From Candidatus Eiseniibacteriota bacterium (GTDB taxonomy: Bacteria > Eisenbacteria > RBG-16-71-46), in NCBI GenBank assembly GCA_031366795.1, contig JANLOX010000168.1, positions 1 to 16,415 of the forward strand: a DNA stretch of 16,415 nucleotides, read 5' to 3'. The notes under the pieces are model-generated. The model made no database searches and was not told the DNA's origin. It saw only the letters and a list, made by a program, of their open reading frames with translations. The position numbers and the translations under genes are program-made. Below, piece after piece: positions 1 through 8,834 of this stretch; the first letter of the stretch is position 1; every line of letters begins with the position of its first letter.

Positions 1-137
1 CCGCGGCACTTACCTCGCTTGCGCCCGCGACCAGCGTGCTGCTCGCCCGCGTGTTCCTCGGCGAACGCTGGAGCGCCGGGCAGCGGGCCGGGCTGGTCGT
101 GGCGCTGGCGGCGGGGGCGTTGATTTCGCTGGGGTAG
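1..137 (+). CDS. EamA/DMT family transporter, C-terminal fragment (5' end outside window)
   Basis: The frame from nt 3 reads AALTSLAPATSVLLARVFLGERWSAGQRAGLVVALAAGALISLG* (TAG 135-137). The 'P...LLA..FLGE......G..' pattern is typical of the last two helices of EamA proteins. Confidence 0.85.
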   Translation, partial: AALTSLAPATSVLLARVFLGERWSAGQRAGLVVALAAGALISLG

Positions 138-152
138 GGGGCGAATTCTCCT

Positions 153-181
153 TTGAGATGGCCCGTCGTGCTGGGTATCGT
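153..181 (+). promoter_or_regulatory. Putative sigma70-type promoter for the 274..756 gene
   Basis: TTGAGA (153-158), 17-nt spacer, TATCGT (176-181), located in the intergenic region. Confidence 0.45.
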
Positions 182-273
182 GCCTCGCAAGCGTGTGCCG
201 CGTGCCAGCGTGCACGCCCACGGGTACACAGTCACGATTGCACTTTCCACTCCTCGCCTCGGAGAGGGACCCA

Positions 274-756
274 ATGATCAAGGCTGAATGCCGCGAGATT
301 GACGACATCGACCCGCGGATCCACATCTACGTGATTCGAACGGGTCATTCCACTCACGAGACGCCCACTCACGAGACGCCCACTCACGAGACGCCCACGC
401 TCGAGGTGTCACCAACGGGACAGGATTCGCCCCGGGTTTATCACAGGAACTCGCCACTAGTTGTCCGCCCCACCCGTCCGACGCAGGTGCGCTGGTGCGT
501 CCACGGGTTGCGGGCGAACGAGACCATCACGATCGAGTCGGAGAACCCGCGGGACAAGATCTTTCCACAGACGAGCTACCTGATCGCACATCCGGACGAC
601 ACAATCGTCAGTGGCTCCGCACAGCGCCACGAGGCCAAGGACGTGTCGTGGTACTACAAAATTATCTGGATGCCATCGAAGGGCAAGGTCGTGGAGTACG
701 CGCGCCAGAAGAACGTAGAGCTCGACCCCATCGTCATCATCAAGGAAGACCCTTGA
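274..756 (+). CDS. Hypothetical protein, 160 aa, beta-rich, with THETP x3 repeat and C-terminal LDPIVIIKEDP (DP-motif protein)
   Basis: GGAGAGG SD at 261-267 precedes ATG 274, which I prefer over the GTG at 193. Codon usage looks like real coding sequence. No signal peptide. TGA at 754-756. Confidence 0.75.
   Translation: MIKAECREIDDIDPRIHIYVIRTGHSTHETPTHETPTHETPTLEVSPTGQDSPRVYHRNSPLVVRPTRPTQVRWCVHGLRANETITIESENPRDKIFPQTSYLIAHPDDTIVSGSAQRHEAKDVSWYYKIIWMPSKGKVVEYARQKNVELDPIVIIKEDP
350..398 (+). repeat. Perfect 15-bp tandem repeat (CCACTCACGAGACGC x3.3), in frame, encoding THETP x3
   Basis: Read directly: units at 350-364, 365-379 and 380-394, plus a partial unit at 395-398. Confidence 0.95.
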
Positions 757-764
757 TTCGCGCG

Positions 765-780
765 TAGCCGCTCGCGGCTA
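765..780. terminator. Short inverted repeat between convergent genes (possible terminator or pause hairpin)
   Basis: TAGCCGC-TC-GCGGCTA overlaps the kinase stop codon (778-780). No clear U-tract. Confidence 0.35.
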
Positions 781-3369
781 TCGTTTCGCCGCGAGCAGCG
801 CCACGAACCGCGGGTTCCTGGCCAATGGTAGAAATTCATCCTCCGCGGCGATGGCCAGGGGCGGAATGCCGTAGCGGAGGGCGCGCTCAAGAGCCCCGAG
901 GGCGCCTTCCGAGTTTCCGCAGGTCGCTTCGAGCCGGGCGACTTCATGTGCTGCGTTCGCGTCGCTATCCGGCAACGCCTGCCCGATCGTCGCGAGCGTG
1001 GCCGTGGCCGCGACGCAGTTTCCCAGCTTTGCCTGGCAGAGCGCGCGATGCAGCCAGGATCCGCTGTCCTTGGGATTCACCTGCAGCAACTCGCCGAGCA
1101 GCCGATCCGCCTCGCGGTATTGCACGCGCGCCGAGTCTGCCTGTTGATTGCGGAAGTACCAGTCGCCGAGGTTCATGTGGTGGATCGGCGCGCCCGGTTC
1201 GAGTGTGAGCGCGGTCCTGTAGTAACGCCGCGCTTCGGACATGCGCCGCACGAAGAAGTAGGCCGTTCCAATGTTGGATGCCGTCGTGCCACTCTCAACC
1301 GGTGCCGGCAATTGTTCGTACTGCATGACCGCTTGCTCGAACCGCCCCGTCAACAACTCAACCGCGCCGAGTTGCTCGTAGCCGCGGTTCTTGCCGGGGA
1401 CGATGCGCACGATCTGGCGGAACGCCTCGCGAGCGCCCGCATAGTCCGGGCGGCGTAACAGCACCGCCCCGAGCGAGTTCCACACACGCCAATTATTGGG
1501 CCGGAGCTTCAGCGCCTCGCGCAGGCAGGACTCGGCACTGGCGACGTCGCCAGCATTGCGATAGGTCGCCGCGAGCTGGAGCCATACTTCATCCCAGGCC
1601 GGGTTGATCGCCTGAATTGCCTTCAGTTCTCGAATCGCATCCTCATTGCGGCCCGTGACGCGAAAGATCTGCGCCCGTGCCAGCCGCCCCTCAATGAGGT
1701 TGGCATTGAGCTGAAGTGAACGATCGGCGGCCTCCCCAGCGCGATGCAACGCTTCCGGCAATTTGTCGTGATTCCAGATCAGCACCAGCGCCCGGGACTT
1801 TCCAGCCCACGCGAGAGCGAACTCCGGATCCAACACCAACGCCTGCTCATGCAATTCGAGCGCTCGATCGGCTGATTGCGGATTGTCCGGCTCGTCGAGC
1901 AACACGCCCGCGCGCAGGTACAGGTCGTACGCCGTGACCGACTTGGTCGCCGGCGCCTGCACCGTCGCCGGTGGATGCCCGGTGAGCTTCAACGCCACGC
2001 CGCTGACGATCTTATCCTTGATGTCCACGGCTTCGTTGAGCGTGTACGGGTATTCCTCGGTCCACAGCACCTTGCCGTGGATCGCGTCGACCAGTTCGAC
2101 GACCAGCGTCGTGGCACCCGCGTCGCGGCGCAGCAATCCATCGAGCACGGTCACCACGCCGAGTTCGTGGCCGGCATCGGTGGGCGACATCGGTTGCTTG
2201 AGGCTCAGTGCGGTCAGGAAGCTCGCGACATTGAGCGCCGAGCGCCGCACGAGATCACCGTGGACGTCATTCGCGAGGCCCTCGCCGAGATAGTCGAGGC
2301 CTGTCTCCCCGGTGCGGTTGACGAACGGCATCACCGCCAGCGTCGTGGGCGGGTGCGGGACCGCGCTGAGGAATACCGCGATTACCATCACAACCAGCGC
2401 CAGCATCGCAACGCCGACGATCGCCTTCGAGCCCCAGCTCTTCTTGCGCCGCGCTTCCCAGCCGCTTGGGGGTCGCGGGCTGCTCGCGCCGCGCGCCAGG
2501 CGCTCGAGGTCGAGCCGCGCTTCCTGCGCCGACTGGTAGCGCTGCCGCGGGTCCTTCTCGAGCAACTTGCCGGCGATGCGTTGAAGTTCGTCGGGCACAT
2601 GCGCGGCGTAGCGGGCGAGTGGTTGCGGCTCCGTGTTCACGACGTTGTACTGCACAGCGGAAAACGAATCGCCTTCGAACGGCACGCGCCCCGCGACCAT
2701 CTCGTAGAGGATCGTGCCCAGCGAGAACAGGTCGCTGCGCGCATCGACCACGAGCCCCTGCGCCTGCTCGGGCGACATGTAGTATGCGGTGCCGAGCACG
2801 CGGCCGCCGCTCGTCAGGTCGGTCGTGGTGGTGAGGTCAGGCTCCTGGTGCGTCAGGCGCGCGAGGCCAAAGTCGATGATCTTGATGCGTCCATCGGGAG
2901 CCACGCGGATGTTTGCCGGCTTCAAGTCGCGATGGATGACGCCCGCCGCATGCGCGCACTCGAGTCCAGCGGCGATCTGTGCGGCGATCTCGAGCACGCG
3001 CGGTATCGGCAACGGGCGGCCCGTGAGCAGGGACTTCAGGTCCGAGCCCTCGATGTACTCCATGCTGACGTACATGACGAGTTCGGGATGCGGCCCGGGG
3101 GTGCCCGGCGACAGCAGGTCCGGCGGATCGGGCGGCGCCTCGCCCGCGTCGTAGCACGCGGCGATCGAGGAGTGGCTGAGCGATGCGCCCGCGCGCGCCT
3201 CGCGCATCAATCGGGCTCGGCGTTCGCGATCGGCGGCGTATTCGACCGGCAGCACTTTCAGCGCGACCGTGCGATTGAGCTTGGGATCGTGCGCCTTGAA
3301 CACCACGCTCATGCCGCCCTGGCCCAGGGTCTCGAGCAAAACGTAATCGCCAATGCGGCCGAGGGGCAT
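778..3369 (-). CDS. Membrane-anchored Hanks-type Ser/Thr protein kinase with TolB-like and TPR C-terminal region (~863 aa)
   Basis: Kinase motifs LGQGGMSVV, VALK, HRDLKPAN, DFGLA, GTAYYMSPEQ and SDLFSLG. TM segment AIVGVAMLALVVMVIAVFLSAV. TolB-N-like TLAVMPFVN...DYLGEGLA, followed by many TPRs (ALVLDPEFALAW, ALKLRPNNWRVWNSLG, etc.). Start set at ATG 3369 (AGGA upstream) because the longer ORF overlaps the divergent gene. Confidence 0.93.
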   Translation of the reverse strand: MPLGRIGDYVLLETLGQGGMSVVFKAHDPKLNRTVALKVLPVEYAADRERRARLMREARAGASLSHSSIAACYDAGEAPPDPPDLLSPGTPGPHPELVMYVSMEYIEGSDLKSLLTGRPLPIPRVLEIAAQIAAGLECAHAAGVIHRDLKPANIRVAPDGRIKIIDFGLARLTHQEPDLTTTTDLTSGGRVLGTAYYMSPEQAQGLVVDARSDLFSLGTILYEMVAGRVPFEGDSFSAVQYNVVNTEPQPLARYAAHVPDELQRIAGKLLEKDPRQRYQSAQEARLDLERLARGASSPRPPSGWEARRKKSWGSKAIVGVAMLALVVMVIAVFLSAVPHPPTTLAVMPFVNRTGETGLDYLGEGLANDVHGDLVRRSALNVASFLTALSLKQPMSPTDAGHELGVVTVLDGLLRRDAGATTLVVELVDAIHGKVLWTEEYPYTLNEAVDIKDKIVSGVALKLTGHPPATVQAPATKSVTAYDLYLRAGVLLDEPDNPQSADRALELHEQALVLDPEFALAWAGKSRALVLIWNHDKLPEALHRAGEAADRSLQLNANLIEGRLARAQIFRVTGRNEDAIRELKAIQAINPAWDEVWLQLAATYRNAGDVASAESCLREALKLRPNNWRVWNSLGAVLLRRPDYAGAREAFRQIVRIVPGKNRGYEQLGAVELLTGRFEQAVMQYEQLPAPVESGTTASNIGTAYFFVRRMSEARRYYRTALTLEPGAPIHHMNLGDWYFRNQQADSARVQYREADRLLGELLQVNPKDSGSWLHRALCQAKLGNCVAATATLATIGQALPDSDANAAHEVARLEATCGNSEGALGALERALRYGIPPLAIAAEDEFLPLARNPRFVALLAAKR

Positions 3370-3498
3370 GCACCGATCCTGGATCGCGGGGACGCCGGTC
3401 CACTGCCGGCGGGAGGGCAGAATAGGGCGCGCTGGCCGCATTGGGCAACGATCCAGCCTAGAGCCTAGAATATGCGCTCCCGAGCCGGAGGACGTTCC

Positions 3499-4011
3499 AT
3501 GGGCGATTACTTCAACGAGATCACCGCCGAGCAAGCCGAACTCATTCGCCTCTCGCGCCTGTTCTTCGTCGCGACCGCCGACCCGACATTGGGCGAAGGC
3601 CCGCATGGGATTGGCCCCGTCAACGTTTCGCCGCGCGGTGGTGTGCCGTTGCATAGGGTGTCGCCGACACGCGTTGCGTTCGTCGACTTCCACGGCAGCG
3701 GCGACGAGATCGCTCGCCACTCCCGGGCCGGCGGGCCGGTCACCGTGATGGTGTGCTCGTTCGACGAGAACGCTGCGATCGTGCGGCTCTATGGTAAGGC
3801 GACGGCGACCCCATTCGAAGCGTCACCGCTGGCGGAACAATTGGCGCAGGGAATCGAGGGCATCATCAAGCACCCGCGGCAGGTGATCGAGGTGCAGGTC
3901 GAGCGCACCAGCACGAGTTGCGGGTACCGGGTGCCGCTGATGACCTTCGACCACGACCGCACCGTCACCGAGCGCGGCAAGCGCTTCAAGCCGAAGCTGG
4001 CGGGAGTATGA
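3499..4011 (+). CDS. Pyridoxamine 5'-phosphate oxidase-family (FMN-binding split barrel) protein
   Basis: GGAGG SD at 3487-3491. Motifs LFFVATA...VNVSPRG, D..GSG.E, VTVMVCSFD...IVRLYG and TSCGY.VP are characteristic of this family. Confidence 0.88.
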   Translation: MGDYFNEITAEQAELIRLSRLFFVATADPTLGEGPHGIGPVNVSPRGGVPLHRVSPTRVAFVDFHGSGDEIARHSRAGGPVTVMVCSFDENAAIVRLYGKATATPFEASPLAEQLAQGIEGIIKHPRQVIEVQVERTSTSCGYRVPLMTFDHDRTVTERGKRFKPKLAGV

Positions 4012-5528
4012 ATATGGGTCCTGATCTGGGCGCCGGCGTTCCGGAAGCATCGCTCGTCGAGAACACCCCCCTTGCAGGGCATGTGGGGGGCGAGGCGACA
4101 CTGCTCGTGCGGAGCGGGAACGAATACTTCGCGATCGGCGCCACGTGCACGCATTACGGCGGGCCGCTCGCGGAAGGATTGGTCGATGGCGCCACGGTGC
4201 GCTGCCCGTGGCACCACGCGAAGTTCTGCCTGCGCACTGGGGATGCCATCGGCGCGCCTGCGCTGACCGAGGTCGCGAGCTACGAAGTCGAGCGCCGCGA
4301 CGGCAAGGTGTTCGTGACGCGCAGGCGCGATCGCGTGGCCGCGCCGTCCGAACGCTCAGCGCCGCATCTGCCGCCGCCATCGGTCGGCATCATCGGGGCC
4401 GGCGCTGGTGGCACCTGCGTGGCGTTGGAGTTGCGACGTCTGGGCTATACCGGCGCGGTGACGCTCATCGATCGCGACGGCGACGCTCCGTATGACCGCC
4501 CGAATCTCTCGAAGGACTACCTCGCGGGCACCCAGCCGCGCGAGTCGCTGCCGTTGGTTGCGCGTACCGATCTAGAACAGCAATACATCGAGCTACTGCT
4601 CGGCCGCACAGTCACGCAGCTCGATGCCACGCGCCGCCGCATCACGTTCGACGACGGCACGCACCGCGAATTCGGCGCCATCGTGCTGGCGCCGGGTGCG
4701 GATCCGGTGCGCATCGAGGTCCCGGGCGAGCAGGGGCCGCCGATTCACTACGTGCGTTCGCTCAAGGATAGCGATGCCATTATCAAGTCCGCCGCGGGCG
4801 CCCAGCGTGCGGTGGTGATCGGTGCGAGCTTCATCGGACTCGAGACTGCCGCCGCGCTACGCACACGCGGGCTCGAAGTGCACGTGGTCGGGCTTGAACC
4901 GCGTCCGCTCGAACGCGTGCTGGGTGGGGAGTTCGGTGATTTCGTACGCCAGCTCCACGAATCGCACGGGGTCGTCTTTCACTTGGGCACGAAGGTGGCC
5001 ACTGCGGGGCTCAAGCACGTGACGCTCGAGAACGGCGAGCGGCTCGACGCGGACTTCATCGTCGCCGGCGTCGGCGTGCGGCCCGCTACTGGGCTCGCCG
5101 AAGCCGCGGGGCTCGCGGTGGACAAGGGCATCGTGGTCGACGCGTACCTCGAAACCTCGAGCAAGGGCGTCTTCGCCATCGGTGACTCGGCGCGTTGGCC
5201 GAGTTCCCACACCGGCGGACTCGTACGTATCGAGCACTGGGTGCTCGCACAACGCCAGGGCCAGGCCGTGGCACGAACGCTGATGGGCGATCGCAAGCCA
5301 TTCGTCGACGTACCGTTCTTCTGGAGCCAGCACTACGACATCGCGATCAACTATGTCGGGCACGCTGAACAATGGGATCGCCTCGAGATCGACGGCAAGC
5401 TCGCCGATCACGATTGCAGCGCCCGCTATTGGGTCGGCCGCAAGCTAATGGCGGTGGCGAGCATCTTCAGGGATCGTGAGAGCCTGGAGGCGGAGCTGGC
5501 GATGGAGCGTCAGGTGAGCGGGGCATAG
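4008..5528 (+). CDS. Rieske [2Fe-2S] domain fused to FAD-dependent pyridine nucleotide-disulfide oxidoreductase (AIF/ferredoxin reductase-like)
   Basis: Rieske CTHYGGPL...CPWH; FAD-binding GAGAGG; PYDRPNLSKDYL; NAD-binding GASFIG; RIEHW; VPFFWSQHYD. ATGA overlap with the upstream stop; alternative start at ATG 4014. Confidence 0.93.
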   Translation: MNMGPDLGAGVPEASLVENTPLAGHVGGEATLLVRSGNEYFAIGATCTHYGGPLAEGLVDGATVRCPWHHAKFCLRTGDAIGAPALTEVASYEVERRDGKVFVTRRRDRVAAPSERSAPHLPPPSVGIIGAGAGGTCVALELRRLGYTGAVTLIDRDGDAPYDRPNLSKDYLAGTQPRESLPLVARTDLEQQYIELLLGRTVTQLDATRRRITFDDGTHREFGAIVLAPGADPVRIEVPGEQGPPIHYVRSLKDSDAIIKSAAGAQRAVVIGASFIGLETAAALRTRGLEVHVVGLEPRPLERVLGGEFGDFVRQLHESHGVVFHLGTKVATAGLKHVTLENGERLDADFIVAGVGVRPATGLAEAAGLAVDKGIVVDAYLETSSKGVFAIGDSARWPSSHTGGLVRIEHWVLAQRQGQAVARTLMGDRKPFVDVPFFWSQHYDIAINYVGHAEQWDRLEIDGKLADHDCSARYWVGRKLMAVASIFRDRESLEAELAMERQVSGA

Positions 5529-5557
5529 CGGGCCTGAGTCGCCCGTCCACAGGGCAG

Positions 5558-5573
5558 GACGTCGCGCGACGTC
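5558..5573. other. Perfect 16-bp palindrome GACGTCGCGCGACGTC at a convergent gene junction
   Basis: Read directly. It overlaps the minus-strand stop codon (5572-5574). A second small hairpin, CGGGC-N7-GCCCG, lies at 5529-5545. Confidence 0.5.
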
Positions 5574-7350
5574 AGCCGCCGAGTTTCACCACGCGCTGGG
5601 TAAGCGCGCGTTCCGGCGTCGCGAGGCGGATGAAGTAGATCCCTGCCGGTGTTGCATTGCCCGTCGCATTACGGCCGTCCCACGCGGATTCGTGACGGCC
5701 CGCCGCGAGCGGCGCGCGCTCCGCGATCACGCGAACCGTGCGGCCCTGCACATCGATCACGCTCAATTCCACTTCGCTCGCTCGCGGCAGCTCGAAGGCG
5801 ATGCGCAGGGAGCGAGCGAACGGATTCGGCGTGGGGGCGAGCAGACGCACGGCCGCCGTCGCGGGGACCTCGACCCCCAGCTTGGTGCTGCGCTCGCGAA
5901 TGCGGATTAATTGGTTCGCCGGCACCGCCAGCGAATCCTGCACGATCCCCGATGGCCAGCGAATGCGCAGCGTATCGACAACGGTCGCAGCACCCACGCC
6001 GAAGTGGACGCGCAACGTGTTCTGGGAGTTGTAGCCGCCGCCACCATCGACGCGGCGCAACTGGTGGACGATGCTCGTGATCACTTCGACCCGCGCGTCG
6101 ATCCCTGAGCGATTCGAGACCACGCCCTCGAGATCGAGCTGCAGCCAATGCGCGCCGGTTGCGAGGTCATTGCGCAACAGTTTGTCGGGCTCGCCGAAGT
6201 TGTTCGCGAGGTAGAGGTCGAGATCGCCGTCGCCATCGTAGTCGGCCCAGCCCAGCCCCAGCGTGTGGCTCGAGTCGGCGAGCACCGCATTCGCGACATC
6301 GGTGAACACGCCACCGCCATCATTGCGGAACAAGTGGTTCGGCCCCTCGAAGTTGGCGACGTAGAGATCGAGGTCTGCGTCGTTGTCGTAGTCACCCCAC
6401 TGGACGCCGATGCAGTTTTCGACCGGCCCCAGCGCGGGCGTCGTCACGTTGGTGAACATGCCGCCGCCGTCATTGCGCAGCAGGCGATTGACCGACGAGT
6501 AGGCCTCCGCCACGAACAAGTCGAAGTCACCATCGTTGTCGTAGTCGCCCCAGGCGATGCCGCCCGCATGACCGAACGCCGCGAGTGCGGCCGGTGTCAC
6601 CTCGGTGAAGTTGCCGCTGCCGTCATTGCGGAACAGCCGCGAGGTGCCGAAGTTGCCAACGCACAGGTCGGGATCGCCATCGTTGTCGAAGTCCGCCCAC
6701 GAGCAGCCGCGTCCGTATTGCGGATCGAGCATGGCAGGCGGCGTCGCTTCGGTGAACACGCCGCCGCCATCGTTGCGGATCAGTTTGTCGAGCGGCGAGT
6801 AGGACTGTGTCACGGACTCGGCGCGCGCCAGGAAGATGTCGATGCGGCCATCGCGGTTGTAGTCGACCCATGACACGCCGTGCGTGTGCGCGCTGTCCGC
6901 GAGTGCCGGGACAGGCAGATCGGTGAACACGCCGCCGCCCTCGTTGCGGTACAAGTGCTTCGGCCGTTCCGCCTCGGCCGCCAGCAGGTCGATATCACCA
7001 TCGTTGTCGTAGTCGCCCCACGCCACGCCCGTCCAGTTGCCCGGCGCCGTCATCGCCGCCGGCGTCGCGAGTGTGAACACGCCGCCGTCATTGCGGAACA
7101 GCCGCAAGGTCTGGCCCTCGCTGCTCACCAGCAGGTCGAGATCACCATCATTGTCATAATCGCCCCACGCAACACCCTCGCCCCAGAAGTTGTCCTTCAT
7201 GATGGTGGGGGTTACATCGGTGAAGGCAGCGGCCTGGGAACGCGCGGGTGCCGGGAACAACGCCGCGAGCAGCACGATCAGCGGCACCCAGCCTGAACGC
7301 CGCGACTCGGGCCATCGCGCGTGGCTGTGGGCAAAGGTGCCTGAGAGCAT
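5572..7350 (-). CDS. Secreted FG-GAP/VCBS repeat protein with ASPIC/UnbV (CRTAC1-like) domain and C-terminal FlgD-Ig/T9SS-like domain (~592 aa)
   Basis: GAGGA SD precedes ATG 7350. Signal peptide (..WVPLIVLLAALFPAPARS). Seven W.D(Y/F)(D/N).D...D(L/I) repeats. ASPIC motifs WLQLDLEGVVSNRSGIDARV, GYNSQN...VHFGVG and IRWPSG. C-terminal PNPF...IDVQGR.V...AG.H...WDG...GIYF. Confidence 0.9.
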   Translation of the reverse strand: MLSGTFAHSHARWPESRRSGWVPLIVLLAALFPAPARSQAAAFTDVTPTIMKDNFWGEGVAWGDYDNDGDLDLLVSSEGQTLRLFRNDGGVFTLATPAAMTAPGNWTGVAWGDYDNDGDIDLLAAEAERPKHLYRNEGGGVFTDLPVPALADSAHTHGVSWVDYNRDGRIDIFLARAESVTQSYSPLDKLIRNDGGGVFTEATPPAMLDPQYGRGCSWADFDNDGDPDLCVGNFGTSRLFRNDGSGNFTEVTPAALAAFGHAGGIAWGDYDNDGDFDLFVAEAYSSVNRLLRNDGGGMFTNVTTPALGPVENCIGVQWGDYDNDADLDLYVANFEGPNHLFRNDGGGVFTDVANAVLADSSHTLGLGWADYDGDGDLDLYLANNFGEPDKLLRNDLATGAHWLQLDLEGVVSNRSGIDARVEVITSIVHQLRRVDGGGGYNSQNTLRVHFGVGAATVVDTLRIRWPSGIVQDSLAVPANQLIRIRERSTKLGVEVPATAAVRLLAPTPNPFARSLRIAFELPRASEVELSVIDVQGRTVRVIAERAPLAAGRHESAWDGRNATGNATPAGIYFIRLATPERALTQRVVKLGG

Positions 7351-7559
7351 GGGGCGTTCCTCGAGGGGCGGGATGACCCCAACAAGCCTACTCCGCGGGG
7401 GCCGTGCCCGGCTACGTCCCCTGGGCGTGCCCTGTTGCGGTGGTCCACCCCCCCTCATATTTGGTGTCGCCAGAGGGCCCCCTGATCTGCGAGGCTTAAG
7501 GTACTGCGGCTTGCCCTGCCGCCTGGACCCAGCGCCGCACTCTTCCCCCGGAGGTTCGC

Positions 7560-8765
7560 ATGCGACCCGTCAACCTTGGCATCGCCCTGCTCGTTGCCGC
7601 ACTCGCTCCGCTGGCCGCCCAGGCCAGGGCCGTCTCACCGCCCACACTCGACCTCACCCCGGGACCCGGCGGCATGATCCGCTGCGCCGCGCCTGCATTG
7701 ACCAGCGCGGAGACCGACGCCGTGCAATCGATGATCTCGAAGTCCGGCGGGTTCCACTCGAACACGGGCTTCCGCGTCACCATTCCCATTGCGTTCCACG
7801 TCCTCAGCTGCGGCGCCCAGGGCAACGTGCCGCAGTCCGAGATCGATGCGCAGGTGCGTGAGATCAACAAAGCGTATCGCGGTACCGGCTTCTCGTTCAC
7901 ACTGGCCAGCGTCGATCGCACCGACAATTGCCAGTGGTTCTCGAACCTGACCGGCTCGGGCGTGGAGAAGAAGGTCAAGCAGACGCTTGCCATCGACCCC
8001 GCGCATACACTGAACGTGTACTCCGCCAACCTCGGCCACAACCTGCTCGGCTGGTCGTACTTCCCGCAGTCGTTCCCCGAGGACTCGTACCTGCACGGCG
8101 TCGTGCTGCACTACGGCACGCTGCCCGGTGAAGCCCTCGCCCCGTACAACCTGGGCGGGACGCTCGATCATGAGACCGGCCACTACCTTGGCCTCTATCA
8201 CACCTTCCAGGGCGGTTGTCTGGCCCCTGGCGATTACGTCGACGATACGCCGTTCGAGGCGAGCCCCGCCTTCGGCTGCCCGGTCGGCCGCAACAGCTGC
8301 CCCCAGCCGGGCGACGATCCGATCCACAACTACATGGACTACACCGACGACCCGTGCTACTCCGAATTTTCCGCCAACCAGGCCACGCGTATGCAGATCA
8401 TCACGCAAACCTACCGGCCCAGCCTGTTCGCCGCCGCTGCACTGGTAGCGAGCGGGGCGCCGGTCGGGCTTGCCCAGCAGCCTGCTGCGCGCACGCTGCC
8501 CACCAGCGTCGAGTTCCGCGGCGCGTTCCCCAATCCGTTCTCGAACTCCAGCACGCTGCGCTTCGCCCTGGCGAAGAGTGGCTGGGCATCGCTCAAGCTC
8601 TACAACGTCGCGGGTCAGCAGGTGGCAGTGCTGGTGGACGGCGAGCGCACAGCGGGTGAACAGAGCGTGACGCTGCAGGCCGGCGCGCTGGCGCCCGGGA
8701 TGTATTTCGCCTCGCTGCGATCGGGCGGCACCACCGTGACGCGGAGCGTCCTGCTGGTACCCTGA
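7560..8765 (+). CDS. Secreted zinc metalloprotease, peptidase M43 (pappalysin/ulilysin-like), with C-terminal T9SS-type sorting-like domain
   Basis: GGAGGT SD at 7550-7555. Signal peptide. Propeptide RC (cysteine-switch-like). HETGHYLGLYHTF zinc motif, D.VDDTP, Met-turn NYMDY. C-terminal FPNPF...LKLYNVAGQQV..L......G......PGMYF. Confidence 0.93.
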   Translation: MRPVNLGIALLVAALAPLAAQARAVSPPTLDLTPGPGGMIRCAAPALTSAETDAVQSMISKSGGFHSNTGFRVTIPIAFHVLSCGAQGNVPQSEIDAQVREINKAYRGTGFSFTLASVDRTDNCQWFSNLTGSGVEKKVKQTLAIDPAHTLNVYSANLGHNLLGWSYFPQSFPEDSYLHGVVLHYGTLPGEALAPYNLGGTLDHETGHYLGLYHTFQGGCLAPGDYVDDTPFEASPAFGCPVGRNSCPQPGDDPIHNYMDYTDDPCYSEFSANQATRMQIITQTYRPSLFAAAALVASGAPVGLAQQPAARTLPTSVEFRGAFPNPFSNSSTLRFALAKSGWASLKLYNVAGQQVAVLVDGERTAGEQSVTLQAGALAPGMYFASLRSGGTTVTRSVLLVP

Positions 8766-8834
8766 CGCACACGTCATGCATCCCTGCGGGGAGAACGCAT
8801 CGCCTGAGTGATTCTTGCCCTTTAGGAGGCCGAG

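Noticed and set aside
350..398. CRISPR-like array
   Set aside because: The units are contiguous 15-mers with no spacers, in frame within a CDS, and no cas genes are present.
1876..3468. 530-aa + strand ORF
   Set aside because: Antisense shadow of the kinase caused by high GC3; Arg-rich with no motifs.
3370..3720. 117-aa N-terminal extension of the kinase given by the ORF track
   Set aside because: It overlaps the divergent PNPOx-family gene and promoter region; kinase homology begins at MPLGRIGDY (3369).
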